Of a stretch of DNA of 45,664 nucleotides, positions 33,401-45,162 are shown in pieces. Source of the DNA: Halocafeteria seosinensis. Its lineage: Eukaryota. The notes under the pieces are model-generated. The model had not been told where the DNA came from. It worked only from the letters and a program-made list of their open reading frames with translations, and made no database searches. Made by a program: the position numbers and the translations under genes. Where the stretch lies: contig LVLI01000222.1 in assembly GCA_001687465.1 (NCBI GenBank), positions 1 through 45,664 on the forward strand, given 5' to 3'. The first letter of the stretch is position 1; every line of letters starts with the position of its first letter.

Positions 33401-36400
33401 GGATAGAATTAGCTTGGGGCCGCACTTTTCATCATGGGCACAAATTACTGAAAGCACAGCAGCGGAGGAAAGACCTTTAGCATCTGTTCCGAGGCCTATT
33501 CCTATCCGATTCCAGCCTGAAGGCCTTTCGCGTTCCCAGGTGGTTTTCCCGTTTCAAATGAAACCGGAACTTTATGCCCTGAATGTAAATATTCACAAAG
33601 CTTTACAGCTTCCTGCGATGGATTCTACCTTCTTTTCCAAGAAGAAGCATGGTATCGATGCATATATCAAGGCTTCCATAGGAGGCTCCGTGGGTTACAC
33701 TGACGTGGTCACGCGAAAACAGGATAGCGGTATCGATATTGACTTCAATCAATGTTTGCGCTTGCCTGTATGGTTACCGCTACCGTCCTTCGCAACCCGT
33801 AGGAACGTAGTAGAGCCTTTTGAACGTGAAGCTGCCGCTGCTGTTGCCAAGGCTCAGCAGGAACCTCCCGCGAAAGAAGGAGCACTACCCGGATTGCCAA
33901 TGGGGAACGACATCCCTGAAGATGCTCATTTAAATCCTGTGTTTAGGCCTTTAAGTCGAGCTGCAAAGGGTACTGGTAAGTTTGTTAGAAAAGGGTTTGA
34001 AGCTGTGGGGTCTGCTGTTAGTCAAGCCGTAGGAATTCCGAATTTACTAGCTGAAACGACGGAGGAAACTGCATCAAAGAGCCCCCTCACTAATTTTTTT
34101 GGCACTATCGATGCCGCCGAACAAATCACACGGAGAGCGGAAGAGTTTCAGAAAAAGAAGGTGAAAATGTTTACGAAGGACCAGGCCCCTACTCACAAAG
34201 AAGTGGATGCTGCCAGCAAATCTCTTCCCTCTCCTGAGAAGCTGCGAGTAATGCGAAGTCGGGAAGTCGACTGGTGGACGGATGAAATTGTAGAAAACTC
34301 TCTGCGAGAACCTGCTTTAGGCCTTTATAATGAGGCAATAGATAGTGCATTACATGAAGTCGGTTTCGCCTGGGGTGCCGGTGAAGTTCGCTCACCATCG
34401 ACGATATCACTTTCTTTGTGGGACGACAACAAGGCGTACGATCCAGAGCATTTCGGCACTGTGAACGTCTCACTTAACGATATAATTTCTGCCCAACTGG
34501 AACGAAGGCGGCGATATGCGGATCGTGCCACAAATGGTGGGACCATCAATCTAACAAGAGAACAGGAAAGTGAGTTACGGACCATTGGTGTTGGACCGAT
34601 GGTACTTCCGGTGTATGGTGGAAGCCTGTGGCATAGTATGTTCGCTAGGAACCACCAGTCCCAAAATGTCGACCCGCGTCTCGCTAGTGAGTTCCACGGC
34701 TATGTCGTTGTATCCTTTCGGTTAGACAATTGGTCGGACGTAGTGGAGGATAGTCAAATTGAGGAGCTAACTGCAGACGATAGTTATACTACTCCGGTCC
34801 GACCAATGGAATTTCTGAACGACGAAGATGTTTTGGCTGCGGTTGACCCAGTAGAAAAGGCCATGCTTGATTGCAGCGTTGTCCACTCCCCAAAGCTGGA
34901 CCTCGGGAAATTGACCAGTCCTTCTTCTCAGTTCTACCCACTTATTCAAACAATGCTCGCCCCAGGGTCCCCACCGTGTTTGCGAGCTCGGATCTCCTGT
35001 AGCAGTGTACCATCTATTGGTGAGGGACAGCTGGGCACGTGCTTTAAGAAGTACACAGTTGCGGCCATGATATATTGCGTCTCAAATCCACCGACCCTTC
35101 GTTCTAACGTTCCTTCCCGAGGGTTTTTGCCATCGAAAATGTCGGTGACTCTGTCTATTGGTGGTCGACGCTGCACTACTCCACGAGTGCGCGAGGAACG
35201 AGGACAGATCTACTTTAATCAGATTTTGTGTACAGAGTGTATTCTACCCGTAATTGGCGATTCTTGCCCCGATATTTTCCTCTACATAACGGACAGAGAC
35301 GGAAGACGTGCGAGCTACGCTCGTTTAAATGTAGCCGACATTGTGAGCCATACGCGGAAATGGAAGTGGGGCGCTCCACCATTCTGGGCAACTCTTTATG
35401 GTGATAGTGATGCCTTTGCGAGCTATCAAACAGACAAAACGGTAGGCAGTATATGCTTATGGCTGGGTATGGATGTTTCAGACAACTCAATCAATACCTT
35501 GTTATCGAAGCGACAGTTAATACTGCAGGCGTATAATGCACTGTCTGCTATGCCTTCGTCCACGGTAATTCCACAGAAAGTGCTGGAAGATAAGCATGAA
35601 TTAATAAAATTTGCAGGAGTTGCGGACTTTGAGCTGTCGTCTTCTCTACCAGCCATAGCTGCGAAAACACGAGTGTCCCAGCGGCTTCTGTGGGAGGAGA
35701 AATTGGAGGTCAGTCTGAGCAAAGCTGTTATCGAGCGCAAGGTTACTTCGAACTCAGCAAAAGGGGGCATAAGCGCAGCACGGGATTTAATTGGTGGAGC
35801 ACAGTTGTTCCAGGTCCGGCTATTCGTTTTTACTGGTAGGCATATACCTCCCACCGCTACCCTCCGTCCCCATAACCTGTACATAACTGCACAACTCGGA
35901 CAATTTCATAAAACTAGTAATGCGAGTAAGAAGCTTACATGGGAGGAGACTATACGATTGGACCATGAATTTGCGTGGTTCCCCAAAGCTCCAAAGAAGT
36001 CGTACATTGAATACTTGTCGAAGTTTGAATCGCGGTTGGACAGCGACTGTCGGAAGTTTATCCGAGCCGTAGCGGGAAAGGATCTAGTGGACACATCATC
36101 AGCAGACTCTGAGACAGTTTACAAAAATGTCATGGAGATATTCGGTTCAGTGTTGATTGAGCACGAGCTTGCTCCTGAAATTGTTTTGGAGGTGTGGGAA
36201 AGTAGATCAGCTAAGGCGGATCTTAAATTGGCTTCCACTCGATTATCTTTAAGGGATGGAAAATACCTAGATACGGCCACAATGCTAAAGCAAGAAACAG
36301 AGCGATCTGGGGACGATCCGGATCGCGTGATTGTAGAGACCAAGCAAGGCATAAGGTCAATCAATCTAGATGTCTCAAGTAGCATTCCAAACCCATTTTG

Positions 36401-39400
36401 GGTCCAGCTCAACCCTTATTTCGGGGGGGACTGGGGGCTTACTGATGCGCGCCCTTGGCGACCCGTGGAGATAATGGACTTCTTTGGGCATAGAATCGGA
36501 GATGCTTCACGGTCGGCGCTTGGTCAATTATGGTATCGGTACGCGGCTCAGTTGACGGACAATTTCGCGTTGATGTTTGGCCCCCAGTATCATCGTGGGC
36601 TTTTTATGGGGTTTGCGGTTGGTCAGTCCGCTCCGTGCATCCCAGAACTGCTTTTGGGTATGCAAGTGATTCCTCGGCAAACGGTGGACGCTCGTGAACT
36701 TGGGGAAGACTTCGGACCGAACATTAAACCGGAGAGAAAACCTGTCGGGCTGTCTCCCGCTCCTTCCTTACTTCCCCCGACGCGTAAAGTGAGGGTGCAT
36801 GTGGCCATACCATATTTGTATGGGCTACGAAAACCGGTAGGGAACCAAAATACTTTTGAGGCCACTGATCCTATTATCGAGTTGGCAATCTGCGGAGCTT
36901 ATGAGCAGAGCGAACACAACAACCAAGGTGATTTGAAAGATGTTGGCCAGACATCTCAGAAAAATGCTTGGAGCATTGCTACATCTCAACTACATGCTTC
37001 GAACCCAGGGAGTGTAGTTAGCATGAGTGAGTGCCCTCAAACGATGTTGTCCACAGGGGAACTCGGCTCGTCTGGGTTGATGGAGTTGGCAAAGAAGGTG
37101 GTATCGAAATTATTGGGATCAGGAAAGCGCAAAGGCGACGCCCCAGGTCCTGTCTTTCCTTTTGAAACCGCTATTGAAGGGTCAACATTCAATAATCAAA
37201 TGAGTGTAAGGGAGTTTTTAGTAGAAAGACTGGAAGAATCCGCCCTAGGCGATGCCACCTTGCCCGAAGTAAGCAATGAGGAACTGCGCAGGGTGTGCTC
37301 CAGGGCCACGGAAATTGCCTTGTGGGAATATTCCAGCCGTCGATATTTCGGTCGTCGAGCTACTTTCGACATCGAACTACCTGATATTGCGAAGTTGGCT
37401 TGGGAAACTTATACACGCCGTGCCAGCTCATCCGATGATGCTGAATCAGACAGCAGTGACGATGAGGGGTCCAGGAAGAGTATCTTGGACGAACTATCAG
37501 AAGAGGATAGCAGGGGCATTCAACAACAAGCTGAGACTGTTTTGCCAAGGATTCAATTCCGCGTCAGAGATGACGCGCATGCTGGGGGACTGGGCGCATC
37601 GGTTGTGAAGAGTCCGGAAATCTCTCCCATTCCTCCTTCGTACGCATATATGGGATATCACTGCCAGGGATTTGTTGGAGAGTGTTCTTCGCCTTTGCCG
37701 ACTCACGAACTTTGGTGGTCGTTATCGGACAAGTTCAACGAAAATCACTTAAACAAAGATTTAGTAGCCTATAAAAAAGGTAAGATCCGATGGACCCAGC
37801 TGAACTCGGCGGCAATTGAAGCATCGAACAGTCGCGATGACAGAATGGCATCCTCATATAAAGATACGAGTATAGCACAAAAACACCTTCCCCAATTTAT
37901 GTGGTATCGGCTTGCTGTTCATGTTCCCCTCGAGGATGTGATTGAAGAGGACGATCCCCTTTTCAAGGACTACTCTCTTTTCATTCCATCTACGGAGAAA
38001 CGGGAAGAGGGTATGTTTCAGTTCAATCCAGAGAAATACGAAACTGCAGGGAAAATAAAGGCCGCTATAGCAATAGAGGACTTTAGTGAAGGTGAAATAG
38101 CGTCCCGAAAGCGGTATGCGAAAATCAGTTCTAATGCGAGTAAGATTTTGACCCGGAGAATCGGTACCAACAAACCGTCACAACGCGACCAACATATTCC
38201 CAGAGTCTTATCCCTGTGCACCAACCCTCAAAGGGTAGTCGTCAGGGTATACGTCGTAACGGCGACCGTGAGTACCTCTGTCTTCCGCCGCCAGTTTGAC
38301 CCTCATAGTGAAGTCGCAGAGCTGTGCCAGAAGAATAAGTTGATGACTGATCGACATGTTCGGTGTCCCAACGTCAACTCTCGTTCGTATGCTATATGTC
38401 GAGGGCACCTTTGCAACTCAAACTCGGAGACCATCCCCATCCCATGGATATCCCGGAAGGTACTGTATTATCAGCGTCATCAACAGTCTAGACCTAGTTG
38501 CTTGACCGACTTTGGATGTAAAGAGCAAAACCCGATTGGAGAAATCACTAACCAATATGATGGTGTTGTTGATTTCCTGCAATGTCTAGAATTTGAAACC
38601 ACTCTTCCTGGAGTCCCGTTATTGAATTTAGAGATCTGGAGAAACAACAGAATTCCAGGAGAGGAAGACGAAAAACTGCAATTTGTTGGCGGTACCGGGA
38701 TAGATCTTGAGAGTCGCTGGTTGAACCCCTCATGGCACAAGTTCATTGAATATCGAAAAAGCAGTAGAGTTGACGGGAAGGGTGCATATGGCAACGTGCA
38801 ACCACGCCTCGGGCCAGTGCCAATCGAAACTCGTCCATTATGGACGACAAAAACAGATCCGACCCTTGGGAGACGTGTACCTGTGAGGACTGGTAAACTA
38901 CAGTTATGGGTCGATTTGTTGGAGTCGAAGGAGTCAGCGACATTTCAACAATGGCAAATTCAGCCTCCACGAAAGAGCCAAATGGAGCTGCGCGTAGTCG
39001 TATGGAGGGTACGGCGCTTGAAGTTAAAACGTCGTTCCGAAAATGCCCCAGTTCGGGAACAAAATAGTGACGGTGAGCAGCATTCCCAAGATCCTGATCC
39101 TGACAGTGGGTGGACTTCTGAAGATCTAGCATTGCCTCCATTGGGTCCCCCTTTACTGCGGGACCAGCGTGCTGCTGCAGCTATTGCGGCAGTTCTCGGT
39201 ATTAGTCGTAAACTTCACCTTCCTAGGGTAAACGGGGATTCATTGAGCCCTGAGATTTCCCGAAAGCTGGATGATCGCACGTCGCTAGGCTGGGATAATG
39301 TTATGGACACCCTTGACACAAGTTTTATTCCTTTACATCTTCCGAAAAATCTATCGAACCCCAAGAAACAAGACACGAAGAAGTTGCTCCAGCGCTATAA

Positions 39401-40397
39401 GAGGGAGCCGGGATACACAAACTACTATATGCGAGCACTAGTTGTGGATCCAGTGGAAGACTTTTATCGGAGTCATTGTGGCACCACCACTTCGAACGAC
39501 CCTGAACGCGATAAATCCTTGTTTCGCTCCGAGATATTTCCTGAGGAGCGATGTATCTCACACTCTCAGGCAACATTGAAACCGGGAGTGATTGGTCCCC
39601 AAGTGGTTCATCCCGACAGGGACGCAGAAGCCGATCGTATGTTTACGGCCACGCAGCAGCGAGAGAAGGCAAGTAAAAATGAAAATAAATTGTTGAACAC
39701 CAAAAAAGACCTGAAAAAACGAAATAAGAGGTTTGGACGCCCTTATGTAGAGTCGGAGCATACCATCTTTAATTGGAGATTTGTGTTGCCTGTTGAGTAT
39801 CAGCGTGCTTCTCGACGACCCCCTCCCAAAGCCTTGCGAGTGGAATTTTGCCGCAGCTGTAGCAGGAAAACTCATGAGCGCACTCGAGTGAAAAGGACAA
39901 GGGACGAAGAAGCGGAGGAGCCTATTGGTTATGATGATTTCGATTGTATAGGTAGTGCTGAATTAGACATAGCGGAGTTGATAGAGCAAACTGCCAGTCA
40001 GCAACAGCCGGCTAAAAAGGAGCTAAATCTCCATGGAAAATTTCCACCGTCATACGTGGACAGATTTAGTCACCTGGTATCCGAAACAATGGCAGACAGG
40101 CTCCAGGGGAACAAACAGGAGGCATTTTGGGTCCCACTGCGGCAACACGCTATCCCTGCGATGCAGTATATCAACGGACAGGAGAACAACAGGGGGGAAG
40201 AATCGGAAGACGAAAGACTAGAGGCCTTAGTGTCAGTTGAATTAGTACCACAAGAAGTTGCAGAAGCGCAACCCGCTGGTTTCGGAAGAGTGCACCCTAA
40301 TGTGGATCCAATGCTTCCTAACCCGCACAGATTGCGGATGAACGCCATCCAGGAACTCAGCATTGGCCAGGGTGCTACATGTTGTGGCCAGATGTAA
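30422..40397 (+). CDS. Ferlin-like multi-C2-domain protein with N-terminal PH domain and C-terminal CaaX-like motif (~3283 aa), exons 30422-30636, 30702-30820, 30880-40397
   Basis: Ferlin-type motifs in canonical order: LNVNIHKALQLPAMD..DAYIK, GPMVLPVYGG, FQVRLFVFTGR, YLYGLR, VVVRVYVV, GGTGIDLESRW, PIETRPLW..GKLQLWVDL, MELRVVVW, FNWRFVLP, PAGFGRVHPNVDPMLPNPHR. PH motifs: EGYVRK..YLVHYGSRLLYYYDS..PKNFINLDGAVV..FSIETDRTYKFACETPQEMNQWGRVL. Introns 30637-30701 (65 nt; alternative 30617-30696, 80 nt) and 30821-30879 (59 nt). Confidence 0.88.
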
Positions 40398-40709
40398 TCC
40401 TAAATTTGTGATATTTTCTAAATGACAATTCTTCTCTCGTCTCGTTAACGTAGTGGAAGAGTTTGCATAGTTGAGACAATCATGAACAAGTATGATAGAT
40501 GCCCTTACAGAGAGCGCTCTTGTTCAATTCTGGAGCCAGCATACCCCGCTGCGTTTTTCCTTTCTGGAATTGTCTTGGGGAGCAAAACACTTCAGCGCAC
40601 AGAAAAAAATTTAACTTTGCTGGTATCCCGGAAATATTCTCAAAGAGTTTTTACCATTCATTCCCGTCAAGACATGTCGTGATAATATGCGTTCACAACT
40701 GAATTCTGT

Positions 40710-41079
40710 TCAAACTTTCCATAGCAAGATGTTCACCCCAGTGAAAACGGACAAGTAAGCATAGCATTTGATTTTCTGGGTGACGAATGCCCCGAAACTT
40801 CTTCCGACGACGACATTCCATCCTTTCTTTGGGTTCAATTCTTTATCTAAGCGGTCCCTAATTTTGGAGGCTACTGAGGAGTAAACTAACGGCACCTGAG
40901 GGGAGTTCTCAAAGACATCTTTGCATATTTCTTCCACCACTTCCAGATCTTCTTTCTGAAGATCCTCGGCTGTAGACACAGAATGAAAAAACATAGTTGA
41001 AAGCGCTCTTAACACGCCATGGCGCCGGTATTAGCTATTCAAACCTACCAAATATTTGGGGCTGTTTTAGCATAGGCAT
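40710..41079 (-). CDS. Dynein light chain type 1 (LC8 family), ~96 aa, exons 41079-41049, 40969-40710
   Basis: VASKIRDRLDKELNPKKGWNVVVGRSFGAFVT...ILLWK fits the LC8-family pattern. Intron 41048-40970 (79 nt, gtaggt..tacag) gives MPMLKQPQIFAEDLQKED in frame. A further upstream or UTR intron (41182-41091) is possible. Confidence 0.88.
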
Positions 41080-41479
41080 CTTTTCTGGAGCTGCAGGCGT
41101 GTGTATGGAAGCAGGCACGTGCGTACGAGCAGGATAAGTAGACGACCGTAGGTTATGTCCTCCTTCTGGAGACACAACTCACCCAATAAACCTCGTAATA
41201 CTCGTATGATGCATATACAACAGCGGCCATCGCCCATCGCTTAACTGAAAGACAGCAATCTTATATTATACTTCGCAACTTCAACTTGAGCAGAGGACGA
41301 GTTGACATGAAAAAAAAAAAAACCAGCGAATGAAATGAAATGGAATAGATAAAATGTTGGCTGAGGCATGAAGCAGAATTGCAGCGTGCAATTTTGCTGA
41401 TCACATAAAGGAAGAAAAAATTGTGGGAAAAGGAATACACAAATACCGTAGTTGAAGTTGAGCAACACGTGGCTTCGAC

Positions 41480-42508
41480 ATGCGATGGAGAGATTTATCT
41501 CGTTTATTCGGCGGCGGACGCAGGCATCATAGAGGAAGAGGTTTTGGAAGAGGTGGTATGATGGGAGGCGCTGGAGCTCATCGGCATGGGTACGGGGGCG
41601 GCGGCATGACAGGCCCTATGGCAAGAGAAGGTGGAGACATGGATACCACATGGATGCCATTTGTGATGTTTCTGCTCATAATAGCCGCCATTCTTCTCAA
41701 GATTCTTCTGGACAAAGTCAACAAGAACAAGAATGGTGGTGGTAGCACTGGTTCGACTCCGTCGCGCAGTGGACGGTCGGTGAATACCGCTCCACCGCAA
41801 AGGCTTGGTACTGCGCGGGAAAGAAATGCAACGCCTCAACGTCGTCCATGGATGACTGCTGGTGGAGTAAGCGCTGGTACTAATGATAATATCGGCAACA
41901 CCACAAGAAGTCGAGGTCAACTTTATCCAAACGTTGCCGAAGTGGATAGGAATGCCGAACCTGTGCCTCCAGCGACCGTAACAGGTGCAAATACTACCGT
42001 GAATCAACCACCTGCGGTGTTGGAACCACCGTCTGAATCCCCTAATGGAGGACCTAGGCGTCGCCGCAAATTTGATCAACTCGAAGAAATATGTGCCCAG
42101 AAAGGTAATGACTACGGTAGTGACTATGTGGATCCTACTGGAAGGGGAAACCTCCACCAGTATTACGATGATCACCATGTAACCCCTGCGGTACCGCACC
42201 GTGTTTTAGGACCTCCCGGGGAAAGGGAAATTGGCGATGCCAGACCGGATAGAAGAGACACTACGAATGCAACAACGGGGTTCGGTCATCCGAGTACGGG
42301 GTATGGTACCGGTGGCTCTGGCGGATTTGATAAAACAGCTGCACAGCAAACAGCAACATATCCTGTCGGTCCTACGGCACCTGTCGAATCTGATCTAGAG
42401 GAGGAAGGAGAGAGCGATGGAGAGCAGTATGAACAGACGACTGAATCGAATCGTTCTCGGACTGCTTCTCACAGTTCGGAGATCGATCCCGAACCTGATT
42501 TGCGATAG
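41480..42508 (+). CDS. Hypothetical single-pass membrane protein (342 aa) with Gly/Arg-rich N-terminus and disordered C-terminal region
   Basis: ATG-to-TAG ORF with one hydrophobic helix WMPFVMFLLIIAAILLKILL followed by basic residues. No recognisable domain. Confidence 0.7.
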   Translation: MRWRDLSRLFGGGRRHHRGRGFGRGGMMGGAGAHRHGYGGGGMTGPMAREGGDMDTTWMPFVMFLLIIAAILLKILLDKVNKNKNGGGSTGSTPSRSGRSVNTAPPQRLGTARERNATPQRRPWMTAGGVSAGTNDNIGNTTRSRGQLYPNVAEVDRNAEPVPPATVTGANTTVNQPPAVLEPPSESPNGGPRRRRKFDQLEEICAQKGNDYGSDYVDPTGRGNLHQYYDDHHVTPAVPHRVLGPPGEREIGDARPDRRDTTNATTGFGHPSTGYGTGGSGGFDKTAAQQTATYPVGPTAPVESDLEEEGESDGEQYEQTTESNRSRTASHSSEIDPEPDLR

Positions 42509-43059
42509 TACGCAATATATGTACACCCTAGTACTTATGACGTAGGTTTGCTCCGTGTATCTTCTTCGTGCTTGAATTCCTAGTTCCTTGCCTTGTATGC
42601 TTTCAGCCGTCCGTGTTAACCTATCTCGTTGGCAGTGTAACAAGTCGCTAACAACCGACGTTGCACAAACAGTTTCCCAACATTGCAGGGCCATCTCTCT
42701 TCTTACGTTTGCGATGTTTCCTTGAATGCCTAATCACGAATAGCACATACGACAGCAAATTTCGAACCTTAGCATTTCATGAGAATTATTTCACAGTACC
42801 ACCAACTCTGCAATAGCCCCGGTTGCGACTGCCATTGTGGGAATGTGCGACCTCGCATGTCAGTTGGTTCTTCTCCCGACCATAGGACGGCCCTATAAGT
42901 TCGCAACACAGCATCTGACTTGTTCAGGATGACGACTCACTGGATCTAAGTGAAACTAAACTAAATGATACTAACGTCACGAATCGGAGGCATATATTCC
43001 CTCGTGGTCTTTGTTTAACGGTCTTCTTCACAAAGGTGGAGCTCGCTAACCTTTCAAGA

Positions 43060-45162
43060 ATGGCAGAAAATCGGCAGCAGGAGTACGTACAGGAGAGCGA
43101 CGCCAAATACGAGGAAGAATCGAAAGCAGGAAAGGAGGAAGAAGGCGATAGCAGCAGGAATGATGGCGCAAAGAGTGAGGGGAAGGAGGAAATGGAAAAT
43201 GACGCGAGAGAAGCCAATGAGGTTGACAATAAAGAGCATGCAGATACCACAACCGCGGAAGCCCAGGACCATGGCGCAGATGAAATGGGTGAAATATATG
43301 AAGACAATGGATATGGGGACGAAGAAATTTTCGATATGGAGCCACACGAATTGATACAAGAAGGGAGCACAATTACGAAAGAGGTAATATATACTCTGTT
43401 GCCTGCAGGAGATGGTTATGACGAAGAATCAAGGCCTTCGTTGTTTGAGACGGAAATTTTACAAAGGCTTTTTCTAGCATTCTGTGATAAGGTAAGCGTG
43501 AAGTTATGGGCACCAACAGAAGAGGTTTTTGACTGTACTCCAACAGTAACAATTCGCGTATATGTCCGATTCTGCCATGTACAGTGTGTGCAGTACGCAA
43601 GGGAACTTATGACGGAGGACTTGGATGCAAATAGGGATGCAATCTTCGGATTGGCAGAGTGGGCGATCCAAATGCTTCATGACCGAAGACTATATGGACC
43701 TGACTGTCCCAACCTTAGTCCTAAGGGCTCTGCGTTTTGGGCAAAAGTATTGGCTCAAGGCTACAACACTATAGCGGAAGTGGAACGGACAAAGGGATTT
43801 CTACATTCGACCCTTAGGCATATGGAAAAGGTTTTAAAGTACGAAGGAATATTGCTACGAAACAGTAAAGCTACAGCAGTCCACCACGAAACGGAATCCA
43901 AAGCTACTCCCGAAGAAGTGATATGTGTAGACTCTTGCAATATAAGGATTCCGAATTTACCCATGTTTCCAAGGCGATGCAAAGTTCTGGCTCAGTCTGT
44001 TCGGACACACCTCAACACTGCTTCTACAATTTCATTGCTCAACAGACATGATGATGCGTATAGGCAGGCCCAAGTAGCAGTGTCATTTGTCCTAATGTTC
44101 CAAAGTGACCCCGAACAATACAATATCCCACTAGATGAAGAAGAAGCAGCTAGCTGGGACTTGCTGTTCGCGTTACTCTTGGGTCAGGCTTACTATACAG
44201 TCGCGACTGAGCTAGAATTTCTTCAACAACTGCGGGACGCTAAAGCAAACTATGAGTTTGCCAAGAGCTCCCTTAATCCGCTTTACAAGAACAGAAAAGT
44301 TCGAGAACCTATAGAATTCCTGGACGGCGGAATCATGGATCCACGAGAGGTATACAATGATATGCGAAGTTTGGAACATGCGTGTGACAAAGCAAGAGAA
44401 GACGTAGATAAAACTATCGCTCTACAAGAGGAAGGGCATCAAAAAAGAGGAGAAACCAGGCAGCGAGGGCGAGTTGCTAGTAGATACGCGGGAAGAAGCA
44501 CCTTGAAGACTGAAACCAAGCCAGATAGTCGGAAATCCAGACAAAGTAGTAGAAATACTCCAGGGAAGGCAAATAAGAAGTCCTCTGCTTCTAACCAGAG
44601 TGATGAAGCCTTGAAAGAACTCATGCAACAGTATCCCTCCTTTGAAGAGTTTGATTCTAAGTACACTCCTCCTCCGTGCTGTCATTTCTTCGCCACCGAT
44701 GTTGAAAACGCTGTCTTTACTGATATTAAAGCACGGTCGAGTAATACTGACGGCAGCGCTCTAAATAAGTCCCAGTCGCTAGCCAGTAATGGTTCTGCCG
44801 AACAACCCGCGAGGATACAAGCCTTACTACAAGGGCACGAGGGCGAGGCGGACTCGAAGAGTGTGTCCAAGAGTTGGAGAGCATGGGATGAATTCCTGGA
44901 GGAGGCGCAACAGCGATACGATCACGTTTGCAGCCTTCACCCTGATGAGATTCCCGAGCGTGATAGGATGGAATTCGCAAAGTGGCTTGTTAAGCGTATA
45001 AGTTCTGCTACTGAGCATTTTGACACCAGCACACGCAATAAGTTGAACAAAGTGAAAGCTGAAGCTGTCGGCGATGAGCGGACAGCTTCCCAATCAAGTG
45101 GGAGGGAGACCATTTTTGATGAAGCTCGCGAGAGCATGTCGCGGAAATCCGGTAGGCGATAG
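43060..45162 (+). CDS. TPR-like repeat protein with acidic N-terminus (~669 aa if intron 43492-43584 is spliced)
   Basis: TPR-like helices YNTIAEVERTKGFLHSTLRHMEKVLKYE, THLNTASTISLLNRHDDAYRQAQVAV, AYYTVATELEFLQQLRDAKANYEFA. First ATG is at 43060. Probable in-frame stop-free intron gtaagc...tacag (93 nt). Confidence 0.75.
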   Translation: MAENRQQEYVQESDAKYEEESKAGKEEEGDSSRNDGAKSEGKEEMENDAREANEVDNKEHADTTTAEAQDHGADEMGEIYEDNGYGDEEIFDMEPHELIQEGSTITKEVIYTLLPAGDGYDEESRPSLFETEILQRLFLAFCDKVSVKLWAPTEEVFDCTPTVTIRVYVRFCHVQCVQYARELMTEDLDANRDAIFGLAEWAIQMLHDRRLYGPDCPNLSPKGSAFWAKVLAQGYNTIAEVERTKGFLHSTLRHMEKVLKYEGILLRNSKATAVHHETESKATPEEVICVDSCNIRIPNLPMFPRRCKVLAQSVRTHLNTASTISLLNRHDDAYRQAQVAVSFVLMFQSDPEQYNIPLDEEEAASWDLLFALLLGQAYYTVATELEFLQQLRDAKANYEFAKSSLNPLYKNRKVREPIEFLDGGIMDPREVYNDMRSLEHACDKAREDVDKTIALQEEGHQKRGETRQRGRVASRYAGRSTLKTETKPDSRKSRQSSRNTPGKANKKSSASNQSDEALKELMQQYPSFEEFDSKYTPPPCCHFFATDVENAVFTDIKARSSNTDGSALNKSQSLASNGSAEQPARIQALLQGHEGEADSKSVSKSWRAWDEFLEEAQQRYDHVCSLHPDEIPERDRMEFAKWLVKRISSATEHFDTSTRNKLNKVKAEAVGDERTASQSSGRETIFDEARESMSRKSGRR

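Noticed and set aside
40482..40702. Small ORFs downstream of the ferlin as a possible TM-encoding last exon
   Set aside because: An in-frame splice is formally possible (40394-40453), but the donor is weak and the peptide has no 18-20-residue hydrophobic helix. Kept only as a caveat to the CaaX finding.
41504..42199. 231-aa antisense ORF, and similar shadow ORFs such as 5637-6293, 1560-2057 and 12660-13178
   Set aside because: They lie opposite better-supported coding frames and have no motifs, as expected for antisense shadows.
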